Positions 53,535 through 62,608 are shown, counted from the stretch's first letter. The stretch: DNA of 64,000 bases from an uncultured delta proteobacterium (GCA_963755125.1 CAVWIP010000010.1:407911-471910); one strand, 5' to 3'. The notes: a model not told the origin generated them from the letters alone. Made by a program: numbers and translations.

Positions 53535-54772
53535 TCGTCCTGGTACTTGATCTGCTCAGGCGTGAGCTTGTCGATGCGTATGCCCTGGGTGCCGAGCTTG
53601 ATAGCCGCCAGTTCCTGATCCTGTTCGGGCGAAAGCTCGTACACCGCCGGCTTCATGGTCTTGCCGTCGCGAGCCAGCTTGCACAGAGCCAGGTACTGGT
53701 TGGCAAACGACATGTCCATGACCTCGGACGGGTGCCCCTCGGCCGCAGCCAGGTTGACCAGTCGGCCCTGGGCCAGGACGTAGACGCGGTTGCCGTTCTT
53801 GAGCACGTACTCTTCGTTGGCGAAGCGGATTTCACGCTTGCCCTTGGCGCGCGCCTCCAGCTCGACCAGATTGATCTCGCAGTCGTAGTGGCCGGTGTTG
53901 CACACCAGCGCGCCTTCCTTCATCACGTCGAAGTGGCGACCCACGATGACGTCCTTCATTCCGGTCGCGGTGATGAAGATGTCGCCCAGCTTGGCCGCCT
54001 CGTCCATGGGCATGACACGAAACCCGTCGAGAATGGCCTTGAGCGCAGCCGTGGGCTTGATCTCGGTTACGATGACGTTGGCGCCCAGACCACGGGCGCG
54101 CATGGCCACGCCCTTGCCGCAATGGCCGTAGCCCGCCACCACGAAGGTCTTGCCCGCGATGAGCACCGAGGAAGCGCGCAGGATGCCGTCCAGCGACGAC
54201 TGGCCGGTGCCGTACACGTTGTCGAAGTCCCACTTGGTTTCGCTGTCGTTGACCGCGATGACCGGGTAGAGCAACTTGCCCGCCTTGGCCATGGAGCGCA
54301 AACGATGCACGCCGGTGGTGGTTTCTTCGGTGCCGCCGATGACCCCCTTGGCCAACTCGCGGTGGCGGTCGTGCACGCTGAAGATGAGGTCGGCGCCGTC
54401 GTCGAGAGTCAGCGTCGGCTTCATCTCCAGAGTCTTGTCGATGCACCAGTAGAACTCGTCCTTGGTGAGGCCGTGCCAGGCATAGATGGATGTGCCCTCG
54501 GCAGCCAACGCCGCGGCCACGTCGTCCTGGGTCGACAGAGGATTGCAGCCGGACCACGACACCTCCGCGCCAGCCGCCAGAATCGTACGGATGAGCACCG
54601 CGGTTTCCTTGGTGACGTGCAGACAACCCGCCACCTTCATTCCACGCAGAGGCTGCGTCTTGCGGCCCTCCTCGCGCAGACGCAACAGAACCGGCATGCG
54701 GCTCTCGGCCCATTCGATGCGCAAACGGCCGGCATCAGTCAGCTTGGGATTGGCAATCTTGAAGTTGGACAT
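53516..54772 (-). CDS. ahcY: Adenosylhomocysteinase
   Basis: GCLHVTKET, CNPLSTQD, DDGAD, EETTTG, KWDFDNVYG, NTGH and GRLVNL...GHP. Confidence 0.97.
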   Translation of the reverse strand: MSNFKIANPKLTDAGRLRIEWAESRMPVLLRLREEGRKTQPLRGMKVAGCLHVTKETAVLIRTILAAGAEVSWSGCNPLSTQDDVAAALAAEGTSIYAWHGLTKDEFYWCIDKTLEMKPTLTLDDGADLIFSVHDRHRELAKGVIGGTEETTTGVHRLRSMAKAGKLLYPVIAVNDSETKWDFDNVYGTGQSSLDGILRASSVLIAGKTFVVAGYGHCGKGVAMRARGLGANVIVTEIKPTAALKAILDGFRVMPMDEAAKLGDIFITATGMKDVIVGRHFDVMKEGALVCNTGHYDCEINLVELEARAKGKREIRFANEEYVLKNGNRVYVLAQGRLVNLAAAEGHPSEVMDMSFANQYLALCKLARDGKTMKPAVYELSPEQDQELAAIKLGTQGIRIDKLTPEQIKYQDDYSSGT

Positions 54773-54868
54773 GGGGCTGAAAAAGCTACGGGCGAGGCCC
54801 GCCTTCGTCAAGCAGATTGGCCCCTGCGCGTGTTTTTGCGCCCGGAGCGGGCTAGAATGCAACTGATC

Positions 54869-56206
54869 ATGGCCGAGGTGGACCCTTCCCCGTCCGAAAC
54901 AACGCCGCACACGCCGGCCGGAAGCGCGGCTGCGGCAGCCACCGCACCATTCGATCCGTTGGTGGGGACCGTTCTGGCCGAACGATATGCGATCGTTCGC
55001 AGGATCGGCGAGGGCGGCATGGGCGCGGTCTACGAGGCACGCCACGCCATCATCGGCAAGCGCGTGGCGGTCAAGGTGTTGCTGGAGAAGTTCCTGGAGA
55101 ACCAGGAGCTGATCGCCCGCCTGTTGCAGGAGGCACGGCTGGCAAGCTCCATCGGTCACGAGAACATCGTGGACGTCACCGACTATGGCACCACCAGCGA
55201 TGGCCGCGCCTTCGTGGTCATGGAGTTCCTTGACGGCGAGTCTCTGGCCCAACTGGTGATGCGAGACGCGCCTCTGCCGGTGGAGCGGAGCCTGGCCATT
55301 CTCCGCCAGGTTTGCAGCGCGCTGTCGGCAGCCCACGCCAAGGGCATCGTCCACCGTGACGTGAAGCCCGAGAACATCTATTTGGTGAGGCGGGGCGAGC
55401 TCGACTTCGTCAAGGTGGTGGATTTCGGTGTGTCCAAGGCCGTGCACTCGCGCGAGGAAGGTGCGGACATGCAGCGTCTGACACGCACGGGTACCGTGCT
55501 GGGCACGCCTCTGTACATGTCGCCCGAACAGGCGCGCGGCGGCGACGATGTGGACCACCGGGCTGACATCTGGAGCGCGGGGCTGATGCTGTATGAGTGC
55601 CTGACCGGCGAGGTTCCCTTTCGCGCCAACAACTATCTGGGCGTGATCTCGCAGGTGCTCACGCAGGAAACCGTGCCGCCGTCGCAGCTTCGGCCCGAGC
55701 TGGGCATACCGGCCGCGGTTGACCGCGTGGTCATGCGCGCGCTGGCCAAGGACCGCGAGCAGCGCTACCAGCAGATGGCCGAATTCGAACACGATGTAGA
55801 ACGGCTGCTGGCCGGGGATTCCACCGTAGCTTTGCGAGAGGCGTCTGAGCCGAGCGCGGCGCCAGCCGGGCATCGTCTGCGCTGGCCGCTGGCGGCGCTG
55901 GGCGTGTTGGCCCTCGGCGTGGCCGTCGCGGTCGCGTTGGCGGGCAGCGGACCGCAAGCGCAGACTCCTGTGGTGGCAGAGCCGCCGAAGCCGGCGCTGC
56001 CCGTGGCGCAGCCAACGCCTGCGCCCCAGCCGACCCCGGCCGTGCTCGCGCCAGTGCCCTCGGTGCCTGAACGCGGCCGGCGCGTGGCCAAGCCGCATGG
56101 TTCTCGCGCCGCCAGCGCTGTCGGCTCATCCGCCCCTGTCCAGCGAGGCAAGAAGTCCAAGGCCGACGACACCGTCGCACCTTCGCCCTACCAGAGTGAC
56201 GATTGA
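54869..56206 (+). CDS. Hanks-type Ser/Thr kinase with TM segment
   Basis: IGEGGMGAVY, VAVK, HRDVKPEN, DFG and GTPLYMSPEQ. Confidence 0.95.
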   Translation: MAEVDPSPSETTPHTPAGSAAAAATAPFDPLVGTVLAERYAIVRRIGEGGMGAVYEARHAIIGKRVAVKVLLEKFLENQELIARLLQEARLASSIGHENIVDVTDYGTTSDGRAFVVMEFLDGESLAQLVMRDAPLPVERSLAILRQVCSALSAAHAKGIVHRDVKPENIYLVRRGELDFVKVVDFGVSKAVHSREEGADMQRLTRTGTVLGTPLYMSPEQARGGDDVDHRADIWSAGLMLYECLTGEVPFRANNYLGVISQVLTQETVPPSQLRPELGIPAAVDRVVMRALAKDREQRYQQMAEFEHDVERLLAGDSTVALREASEPSAAPAGHRLRWPLAALGVLALGVAVAVALAGSGPQAQTPVVAEPPKPALPVAQPTPAPQPTPAVLAPVPSVPERGRRVAKPHGSRAASAVGSSAPVQRGKKSKADDTVAPSPYQSDD

Positions 56207-56241
56207 TACGGATCGCGCTGGCCCACGCTTGCCTCTTGCCG

Positions 56242-57945
56242 ATGACCACAACCTCGCGCTCACGTGCTTGCTTGTTCGCGGCGATGTTGCTGGCGTTCTT
56301 CGTCGCGGGCACGCCAGCGCAAGCGCAAGAGGCCGATCGCGCCGCGCAAGCCCGCCAGCACTACGAAGCGGGCGTCGGTCTGTTCGAGGCTGGCAACAAG
56401 GAGCAGGCCCTGGTCGAGTTCCAGCTCGCGCACGAGCTTTCGCCCAAGAAAGAGAACCTGTTCATGATCGCGCAGTGCCAGTACCACCTGGGCTTGCTCA
56501 AGGAGGCACGCGCAAACTACCAGGAGTTTCTGTCCCAGCCGTCGAGCGGGGAGCTGGCCGACATCGCCCGCCTGCGCATCGACGCCATCAACCGCCGGCC
56601 CGGCATCGTCGCGATCAACACCGTGCCTGACCAGGTGCAGGTTCGCATCGAGGGCGAAGGCCAGGTCTTCACCGGCGATGCGCCCAACGAGTTTCGCGTG
56701 CCGCGCGGCCACTACCGGGTGACGGTGAGCAAGGCCAATTTCGCCAGCCAGGACCGGGACATCGCCATCGAGGTGGCCGAAACCAAGCCGCTCTTCTTCA
56801 AGTTGGATCCCATTCCGGCGCGTCTCGAGATCCACACCGTGCCCCGCAACGCCACCCTGTACTTACGAGGCAACCGCACGCAGAACCCCTACGCGCAAGA
56901 CGTAGAACCAGGGAACTACGAGATCTACGCCGAGGCCAACTACTACCTCCCCCGTCGCGACACGGTGTCGCTGGCGCCCGGGCAGCAGCTCAAACTCGAT
57001 TTCCCTCTGGTCTACGTGCAGCGTTCAGGACGGCCCGAGCTGATTGGCTTCTGGATCGGCATCTCCGCGCTGGGCGGCGGCATGGCCGTAGCCACGCGGC
57101 TCAGCCCCAACAACCCCGGCAATCTCACCCTGGTGGTCGCCGGCGCCCTGGCGGGCGGAATCGGCGCGGGCGTACTCTCGGCGGCCCTGGTTCCTAGCTA
57201 CATCAGGGACAACCTGGCGCTGTTTCGCATCGGCGCTGGTTGGATTGGCGATCTGGAAGGGCTTTCCTTGGGGCTGGCTCTCACGCAGAACCTTTCCGGC
57301 GCGTGGGTGGGAGGCGTGGCAGGACTCGGAGTGGGCTCAGTGGCGGGCTGGTGGCTGGACGACCACGCACCCAACTACGGTCGCGTGGCCATGATCCAGA
57401 GTGGAACTTTCTTGGGTGCGCTGGCGGGGGTGCTGGCCATCCCAGCGGTGGGATACGCCTTGCAGTACTGCAGGCAGAAAGGCGCCACCACACCCTGTAG
57501 TACGCCCGACGCGCCTAAGTATCTGTACAAAGACCGCATCGGCTGGGGCATGCTGGCCGGCATGAATGTAGGGTTGGCGGCTGGGTTGGCGCTCGCCTAC
57601 CTGCCCGACCAACGAAACTACGGTCCAAGCTGGCAGCGGGTCATGCTGATCGACCTGGCTGCGGTGGCGGGTGGTTTTACGGGCGCGCTCGTTCAGATGT
57701 GTACCAAGAGTGGGTTCTGCGGGGACGCCGCTATTGGGCCAAAAATGGCCCGCTATGCCCTTGCTGGAAGCGCAGTCGGCCTGGCGACTGGCTTCTTCCT
57801 GACCTGGAATTACGACAAACACCGCGAGAATCTCACACAAGGCCAGCCGGCCCGCGGCGTTCCGTTGCCTGGGGCACTGCCGGTGCAAACCACCGACGGC
57901 CGCTGGGCGCTGGTTCCGGGTCTTGTGTCACAGGGCCAGTTCTGA
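56242..57945 (+). CDS. Exported TPR and PEGA protein with Gly-rich hydrophobic C-terminal region
   Basis: Signal AQAQE, TPR helices, two PEGA-like units, then multiple Gly-rich hydrophobic segments. Alternative TTG start at 56203. Confidence 0.8.
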   Translation: MTTTSRSRACLFAAMLLAFFVAGTPAQAQEADRAAQARQHYEAGVGLFEAGNKEQALVEFQLAHELSPKKENLFMIAQCQYHLGLLKEARANYQEFLSQPSSGELADIARLRIDAINRRPGIVAINTVPDQVQVRIEGEGQVFTGDAPNEFRVPRGHYRVTVSKANFASQDRDIAIEVAETKPLFFKLDPIPARLEIHTVPRNATLYLRGNRTQNPYAQDVEPGNYEIYAEANYYLPRRDTVSLAPGQQLKLDFPLVYVQRSGRPELIGFWIGISALGGGMAVATRLSPNNPGNLTLVVAGALAGGIGAGVLSAALVPSYIRDNLALFRIGAGWIGDLEGLSLGLALTQNLSGAWVGGVAGLGVGSVAGWWLDDHAPNYGRVAMIQSGTFLGALAGVLAIPAVGYALQYCRQKGATTPCSTPDAPKYLYKDRIGWGMLAGMNVGLAAGLALAYLPDQRNYGPSWQRVMLIDLAAVAGGFTGALVQMCTKSGFCGDAAIGPKMARYALAGSAVGLATGFFLTWNYDKHRENLTQGQPARGVPLPGALPVQTTDGRWALVPGLVSQGQF

Positions 57946-57951
57946 AGTCCA

Positions 57952-59046
57952 TTGAGACGGGAAACACAATCGGTGACTGTGCGGCCATTGCCGACGCGTG
58001 GTGAGATCACGGCTCCATCGCCTTGCACTGTGGCGGCCGCTCTGCGCGCGCACCTGCCCGGTCAGAGCTGGAATGATCTGCGCGCCATGTGCCTGTCCGG
58101 CAAGATCAGCGTGAATGGCGAGCGAGAGTTGGACCCGGCACGACGATTGGCCGGCGGCGAGACCGTGGCCTGGAGCCTCACCGCGCCCGACCCGCGCCGC
58201 ACGGCAACCCGACCCGAGTTCCGCATCGTGTACGAAGACGGCCATCTCATCGTCATCGAGAAGCCGGAAGGCGTGTCCAGTGTTCCCTACGAGCGCAAAG
58301 AGAGAGGCACGGCCCTGGACATCATCCGCGAGGCCTGGCGCAAGCAAGGCAAGCGCGGCACCGCGACGCCGCTGTACACAGTCCACCGTATCGACAAGGA
58401 CACCTCGGGGCTTCTGTGTTTTGCCAAGACCAAGCTGGCTGAGCGCGGCCTGCACCGGGTGTTCAAGCAGCACCAGGCCGAGCGGGAATACCTGGCGGTG
58501 GCGCACGGGCAGGTGCGGCCTTCTCGCATCGAATCGCGACTGATCGCCGATCGTGGCGACGGGCTGCGCGGCAGCACGCGGCGGCCACACGAGGGGCAGC
58601 ATGCGGTCACCCACGTCGAGATCATCGAGAGCCTAGTCGCGTGGGGAGCCGGCGAGCTTCGCTCGCCGCGTACCATCGCGGGAGGGATGGCGAGGCCGAG
58701 CGAAGCGAGCGGGGTGGTGGTGGCGGGAGGGGGGCCGAAGGGCGGAGCGAACCCTTCGAGGGTTCCCATATCAGTGGCAGCGACCCTGTGCCGCGTGCGT
58801 CTTGAAACCGGGCGCACCCATCAGATTCGCATCCACCTGGCCGAACAGGGGCACCCGCTGGTGGGAGAAACTGTGTATCTGCGCGATCACACGCGCGCCG
58901 GCCGCCGGCTTCTGCCGTCCCATCGCCTGCTGCTCCACGCCGCCACCCTGGGGTTCGATCACCCGGTGACGGGCGAGCACCTGCACTTTGCCAGCGAGCT
59001 GCCTCCGTCGTTCAAGACCGAGCTGCAGCGCCTGCGACATCGCTGA
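57952..59046 (+). CDS. RluA/RluD family pseudouridine synthase carrying a 46-aa insertion
   Basis: IVYED, KPEG, VHRIDKDTSG (catalytic Asp), REYLA, LETGRTHQIR, GHPLVGE and LHA..LGF.HP. Start uncertain. Confidence 0.93.
   Translation: MRRETQSVTVRPLPTRGEITAPSPCTVAAALRAHLPGQSWNDLRAMCLSGKISVNGERELDPARRLAGGETVAWSLTAPDPRRTATRPEFRIVYEDGHLIVIEKPEGVSSVPYERKERGTALDIIREAWRKQGKRGTATPLYTVHRIDKDTSGLLCFAKTKLAERGLHRVFKQHQAEREYLAVAHGQVRPSRIESRLIADRGDGLRGSTRRPHEGQHAVTHVEIIESLVAWGAGELRSPRTIAGGMARPSEASGVVVAGGGPKGGANPSRVPISVAATLCRVRLETGRTHQIRIHLAEQGHPLVGETVYLRDHTRAGRRLLPSHRLLLHAATLGFDHPVTGEHLHFASELPPSFKTELQRLRHR
58636..58773. repeat. Modular palindromic repeat, copy 2, inserted in frame in the RluA gene
   Basis: 138 bp (46 codons) with AGT at both boundaries; shares a 15/15 and a 20/21 block with 3730-3873. 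Confidence 0.85.
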
Positions 59047-59062
59047 TGCCGCCTCTCGGACA

Positions 59063-59722
59063 CTAACGACACGGACGCGTCGGCCCAGCGTGTAGCGAGA
59101 GATACACGATTGCACCCACGAAAATCAGGATGAACGCCGTTATCCAGTAAGCCGCCGGGCGGGCGAAGTTGAGGGTCCACCCGGTCCCGATGCGTTTGGG
59201 CACCCACAGCCGGTCGTCGTCGGGGTTCACATAGAAAAGTCCGGCGCGGTAATGGTCGGGATCGTGAACGTGGGGCATGTGGATTTGCATTTCCCGAATC
59301 ATGAAGACCAGCCCCAGCCCGAGAAAGATGAAGAAGACCACCAACCCGGTGTGCAGCGCCGTCATGCCCCACAGGGCCATGCCCAGGCAGGAACCGAGGA
59401 GAAAAGACATGCCAAAGGTCAGAAAGCCGCGCAGGGCCTGAAATGCCGCCAGTTGCGCCCGGCCCGATTCCTTCTTGGCCGCCGCGGCCACCGCGCCGAA
59501 GAGAAAGAGCACCAGCCAGCTCAACACCGGGGCGGCGAAAACCACCAAAGGCAAATGGGCCTTCGATGTCCAGCCGTTGGGATTGCCGGCGGCATTGAAG
59601 TGCGTGGGCACGGGGTCGGGCAGTCTGGGCAGCAACCGCACATAATGGACAAGCAGGCCGGTCAAGCCCGCGAGCGCCCAGAGATCCCATTTTGAAAACA
59701 GACCGGGACGCCGCGCATTCAT
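59063..59722 (-). CDS. DUF1648/DUF5808 (SdpI-like) membrane protein
   Basis: LPDPVPTHFNAAGNPNGW and FYVNPDD.RLWVPKRIGTGWTLNF. Confidence 0.88.
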   Translation of the reverse strand: MNARRPGLFSKWDLWALAGLTGLLVHYVRLLPRLPDPVPTHFNAAGNPNGWTSKAHLPLVVFAAPVLSWLVLFLFGAVAAAAKKESGRAQLAAFQALRGFLTFGMSFLLGSCLGMALWGMTALHTGLVVFFIFLGLGLVFMIREMQIHMPHVHDPDHYRAGLFYVNPDDDRLWVPKRIGTGWTLNFARPAAYWITAFILIFVGAIVYLSLHAGPTRPCR

Positions 59723-59745
59723 GTCCGCTCCACCAGGGGAAGTCG

Positions 59746-60837
59746 CTAGTCCCCGAAATCGGTGCCCACCGCGCGCGCGGCCAGCACCAACGGATCGTCG
59801 GGCGGCACCCTGCGCTGCTTGCCCGCCACGGACTCGATGGGAACTGCGCCCAGCTTGCCGCCGCTGAGCACCACCAGTTGCCCCTCGGCTCCGCGCATGA
59901 GCAGATCGAGAGCGTGGTGGCCGAACAAGGTGGCCAGCACGCGATCGCCGGGCGTGGGCGAGCCGCCGCGCTGGATATGACCCAGGATGGTGGCACGCGC
60001 CTCCAGCTTGGTCGCCGCCTCGATGTCGGCCACCAGCTTGTTGGCGATGCCGCCCAGGCGGATGGGGTCAGGACTGGTCTCAATCCGGCGCTGCACCACC
60101 ACGTCGCCGCCCTTGGGCTTGGCGCCTTCCGAGACGCAGATGATGGAGAAGCGCTTGCCGGCCCGGCTGCGCCGGTGCAAGACCTCGCACACCTTGGCGA
60201 GGTCGTAGGGGATTTCGGGCATGAGGATGATGTCCGAGCCGGAAGCCACGCCGGTGTACAGCGCCAGCCACCCGGCATTGCGGCCCATGACCTCGACCAC
60301 CATCACGCGGTGGTGGCTCATGGCGGTGGTGTGGATCTTGTCGAAGCACTCGCAGGCGGTGTCCACCGCGGTCTCGAAACCGAAGGTGCGTTCGCAGCCT
60401 TCCAGATCGTTGTCGATGGTCTTGGGCACGCCAATGCAGTTGATGCCGTGCCTGATCAGGTTGGCCGCGCCGGTCATGGTGCCGTCGCCCCCGATGCACA
60501 CCACCGCGTCGATCTCGTTGGCGCGCAGGTGGTCGTACACCCGATCGGTCACATCCGCCCATTCGATCTTTCCGTTGCGATCGAGGGCGAAGTGTTCGGG
60601 ATTGGCCTGGTTGCTGGTGCCCAGGATGGTGCCACCCAGGGTGAGGATGTTGGAGACATCGTTCCAGCTCAAAAGCCGCATGCGGTTCTGGATGAGCCCC
60701 AGAAAGCCGTCCTCGATGCCATAGACCTCGAGGCCATAGATGTGCATGGCTGTCTTGGTCACGGCCCGGATGACGGCGTTCAGGCCAGGGCAGTCGCCGC
60801 CGCCGGTGAGCACCCCGATGCGCTTGATGGTGGGCAT
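59746..60837 (-). CDS. pfkA: 6-phosphofructokinase (group III-type; GGDG and PKTIDND)
   Basis: LTGGGDCPGLN, GGTILGT, GGDGT, PKTIDND, EVMGR and LGHIQRGG. Confidence 0.95.
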   Translation of the reverse strand: MPTIKRIGVLTGGGDCPGLNAVIRAVTKTAMHIYGLEVYGIEDGFLGLIQNRMRLLSWNDVSNILTLGGTILGTSNQANPEHFALDRNGKIEWADVTDRVYDHLRANEIDAVVCIGGDGTMTGAANLIRHGINCIGVPKTIDNDLEGCERTFGFETAVDTACECFDKIHTTAMSHHRVMVVEVMGRNAGWLALYTGVASGSDIILMPEIPYDLAKVCEVLHRRSRAGKRFSIICVSEGAKPKGGDVVVQRRIETSPDPIRLGGIANKLVADIEAATKLEARATILGHIQRGGSPTPGDRVLATLFGHHALDLLMRGAEGQLVVLSGGKLGAVPIESVAGKQRRVPPDDPLVLAARAVGTDFGD

Positions 60838-61002
60838 GCGGAGCATTGTACGGCATTAGGCCAGGGTGGCGAAGCACGGCCGGCGAAGCACAGCCATCGA
60901 ACTCGCGCAACGCATTGGTCGCGTCGCCAAAAGGCTTGGCAGGCAACCATTCGAGGCGGAAAATAATCGCGGCGCTTGGCCACTACCCCCGAGGAGGGGG
61001 AC

Positions 61003-62565
61003 ATGCAAAGAATCAAATTCCTCAGTCTGATAGTGTTCGTTGCGCTGGTCGGGGCGAACCATGGCTGTGGCAAGTCGAGCAGCGGCGGGGCCGACGGCTC
61101 GATCCCGACGGGAGGTGCGAGCGGCGGGGTCACCAGCCAGGCAGGCTCAAGCGGCGCGGGTGGCACGGTTTCGAGCAACGGCGCGACTGGACCGGAGGCT
61201 GGCAGCGCAGGCACAACGAGCACGGGTGGCGTCACCGGTTCGGGTAGATCCAGCGCGGCAGCCGATGCCGCGGTTGGTGGCTCGACGGGAATCGGCGGCA
61301 CCGTCGCCTCCGGCGGTTCCAGGAGCGCGAGCGATGCGGCCGCCGGAAACTCGGCGGGAACGGTTGGTGGCTCGACGGGAATCGGCGGCACCGTCGCCTC
61401 CGGCGGTTCCAGGAGCGCGAGCGATGCGGCCGCCGGAGACGCGATCAGGACCGATGGAGCAAGCGGAGGCACGACCGGGGCGACCGGTGGTTCAGCCGGC
61501 GCCAGCAGCGTGGACGGTGGCACGGCCTCCGGCGCGTGGTCGATGGGTTACTACGCGAGTTGGGATCCCGACCAATACCCAATTTCGGAAATCGAATGGT
61601 CCGGGCTCACCCACATCGCGATGGCGTTCTACCTGCCCAATCAGGACGGCTCGATGACCCTGTCTGGAGGGAACCCGCAACTCGCGACCAATCTCATCGC
61701 GGCCGCTCACGCCAATGGGGTGAAGGCCATCGCCTCGATCGGTGGCTCCGATTCGCAGAGCGGTTTCCAGGCGGCGACTGCCAGCGGCACCGTGGCCACC
61801 TTCGCCGCCAACCTGGTCTCGCTGCTGAGCAGCACGGGCTACGATGGCATCGACATCGACTGGGAGCCGATGGACACGACCGACGAGCCCGCGGTGATCG
61901 ACATCGCCAATCGCATCCGCAAGGCAAAACCGGGCGCCCTGATGACGATTCCCATCGGCGCCATCAACGTGAATCTCGGCGCCGATCTTTCGGGGTACCC
62001 GGCCATCGCCGCCGCGTACGACCAGCTCAATATCATGTCGTATGGCCAGGCGGGAGCGTGGTCGGGCTGGAAGAGCTGGCACTCGAGCGCGCTCTACCAG
62101 ACCGATTCCGCCACGCCCACATCCATCGACTCCACGGTGAAGCTCTACCTCGCGGCGGGCGTGCCCGCGGCCAAGCTGGGCATCGGCATCGGGTTCTTTG
62201 GCCTGTGCTACTCGTCGCCGGTCACCGGCCCCGACCAGGCGCTGAATGGTTCCACGATAGTCGCGAGCGACGGCACGATGTCCTACGCGAACATCATGAC
62301 CGAATACTACAGCGCAAGCGCGCGTCAGTGGGACAGCCTCGCCCGCGTGCCCTACCTGTCATTCAGTACACCGCACGCGCCCGATGGATGCACCTATATT
62401 TCCTACGACGACGAACAGTCGATTGCGGAAAAGGGCGCCTACATGAAGGCCAATGGCCTGGGCGGCGTCATCCAGTGGGAACTAAACGAGGGGTACTTGC
62501 CGTTGGCAGCGGCCGGGCAACAAAATCCCCTGCTCACGGCGATTCACGACAACGTATTGCACTGA
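61003..62565 (+). CDS. Lipoprotein, GH18 chitinase-like
   Basis: ANHGC lipobox, G/S/T linker, SIGG, intact DGIDIDWE, NIMSY, ISYDD and GLGGVIQWEL. Confidence 0.93.
   Translation: MQRIKFLSLIVFVALVGANHGCGKSSSGGADGSIPTGGASGGVTSQAGSSGAGGTVSSNGATGPEAGSAGTTSTGGVTGSGRSSAAADAAVGGSTGIGGTVASGGSRSASDAAAGNSAGTVGGSTGIGGTVASGGSRSASDAAAGDAIRTDGASGGTTGATGGSAGASSVDGGTASGAWSMGYYASWDPDQYPISEIEWSGLTHIAMAFYLPNQDGSMTLSGGNPQLATNLIAAAHANGVKAIASIGGSDSQSGFQAATASGTVATFAANLVSLLSSTGYDGIDIDWEPMDTTDEPAVIDIANRIRKAKPGALMTIPIGAINVNLGADLSGYPAIAAAYDQLNIMSYGQAGAWSGWKSWHSSALYQTDSATPTSIDSTVKLYLAAGVPAAKLGIGIGFFGLCYSSPVTGPDQALNGSTIVASDGTMSYANIMTEYYSASARQWDSLARVPYLSFSTPHAPDGCTYISYDDEQSIAEKGAYMKANGLGGVIQWELNEGYLPLAAAGQQNPLLTAIHDNVLH
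61271..61437 (+). repeat. Perfect 77-bp direct repeat (period 90) in the GH18 linker
   Basis: 61271-61347 is identical to 61361-61437. Confidence 0.92.
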
Positions 62566-62608
62566 GCGAGGCGACCGGGTGCCCGATCACCGGCAAGGGG
62601 CCGGCATT

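Noticed and set aside
54773..54868. Possible SAH or SAM riboswitch upstream of ahcY
   Set aside because: Short divergent gap with no recognisable aptamer consensus.
53021..56206. Apparent 1061-aa kinase and 860-aa AhcY ORFs with long mutual overlap
   Set aside because: The N-terminal extensions are just the antisense of the divergent neighbour. The real starts are near 54869 and 54772.
58636..58773. Intein or self-splicing intron as the explanation for the RluA insert
   Set aside because: No N-terminal Cys/Ser with C-terminal His-Asn, and far too short for a group I or II intron.
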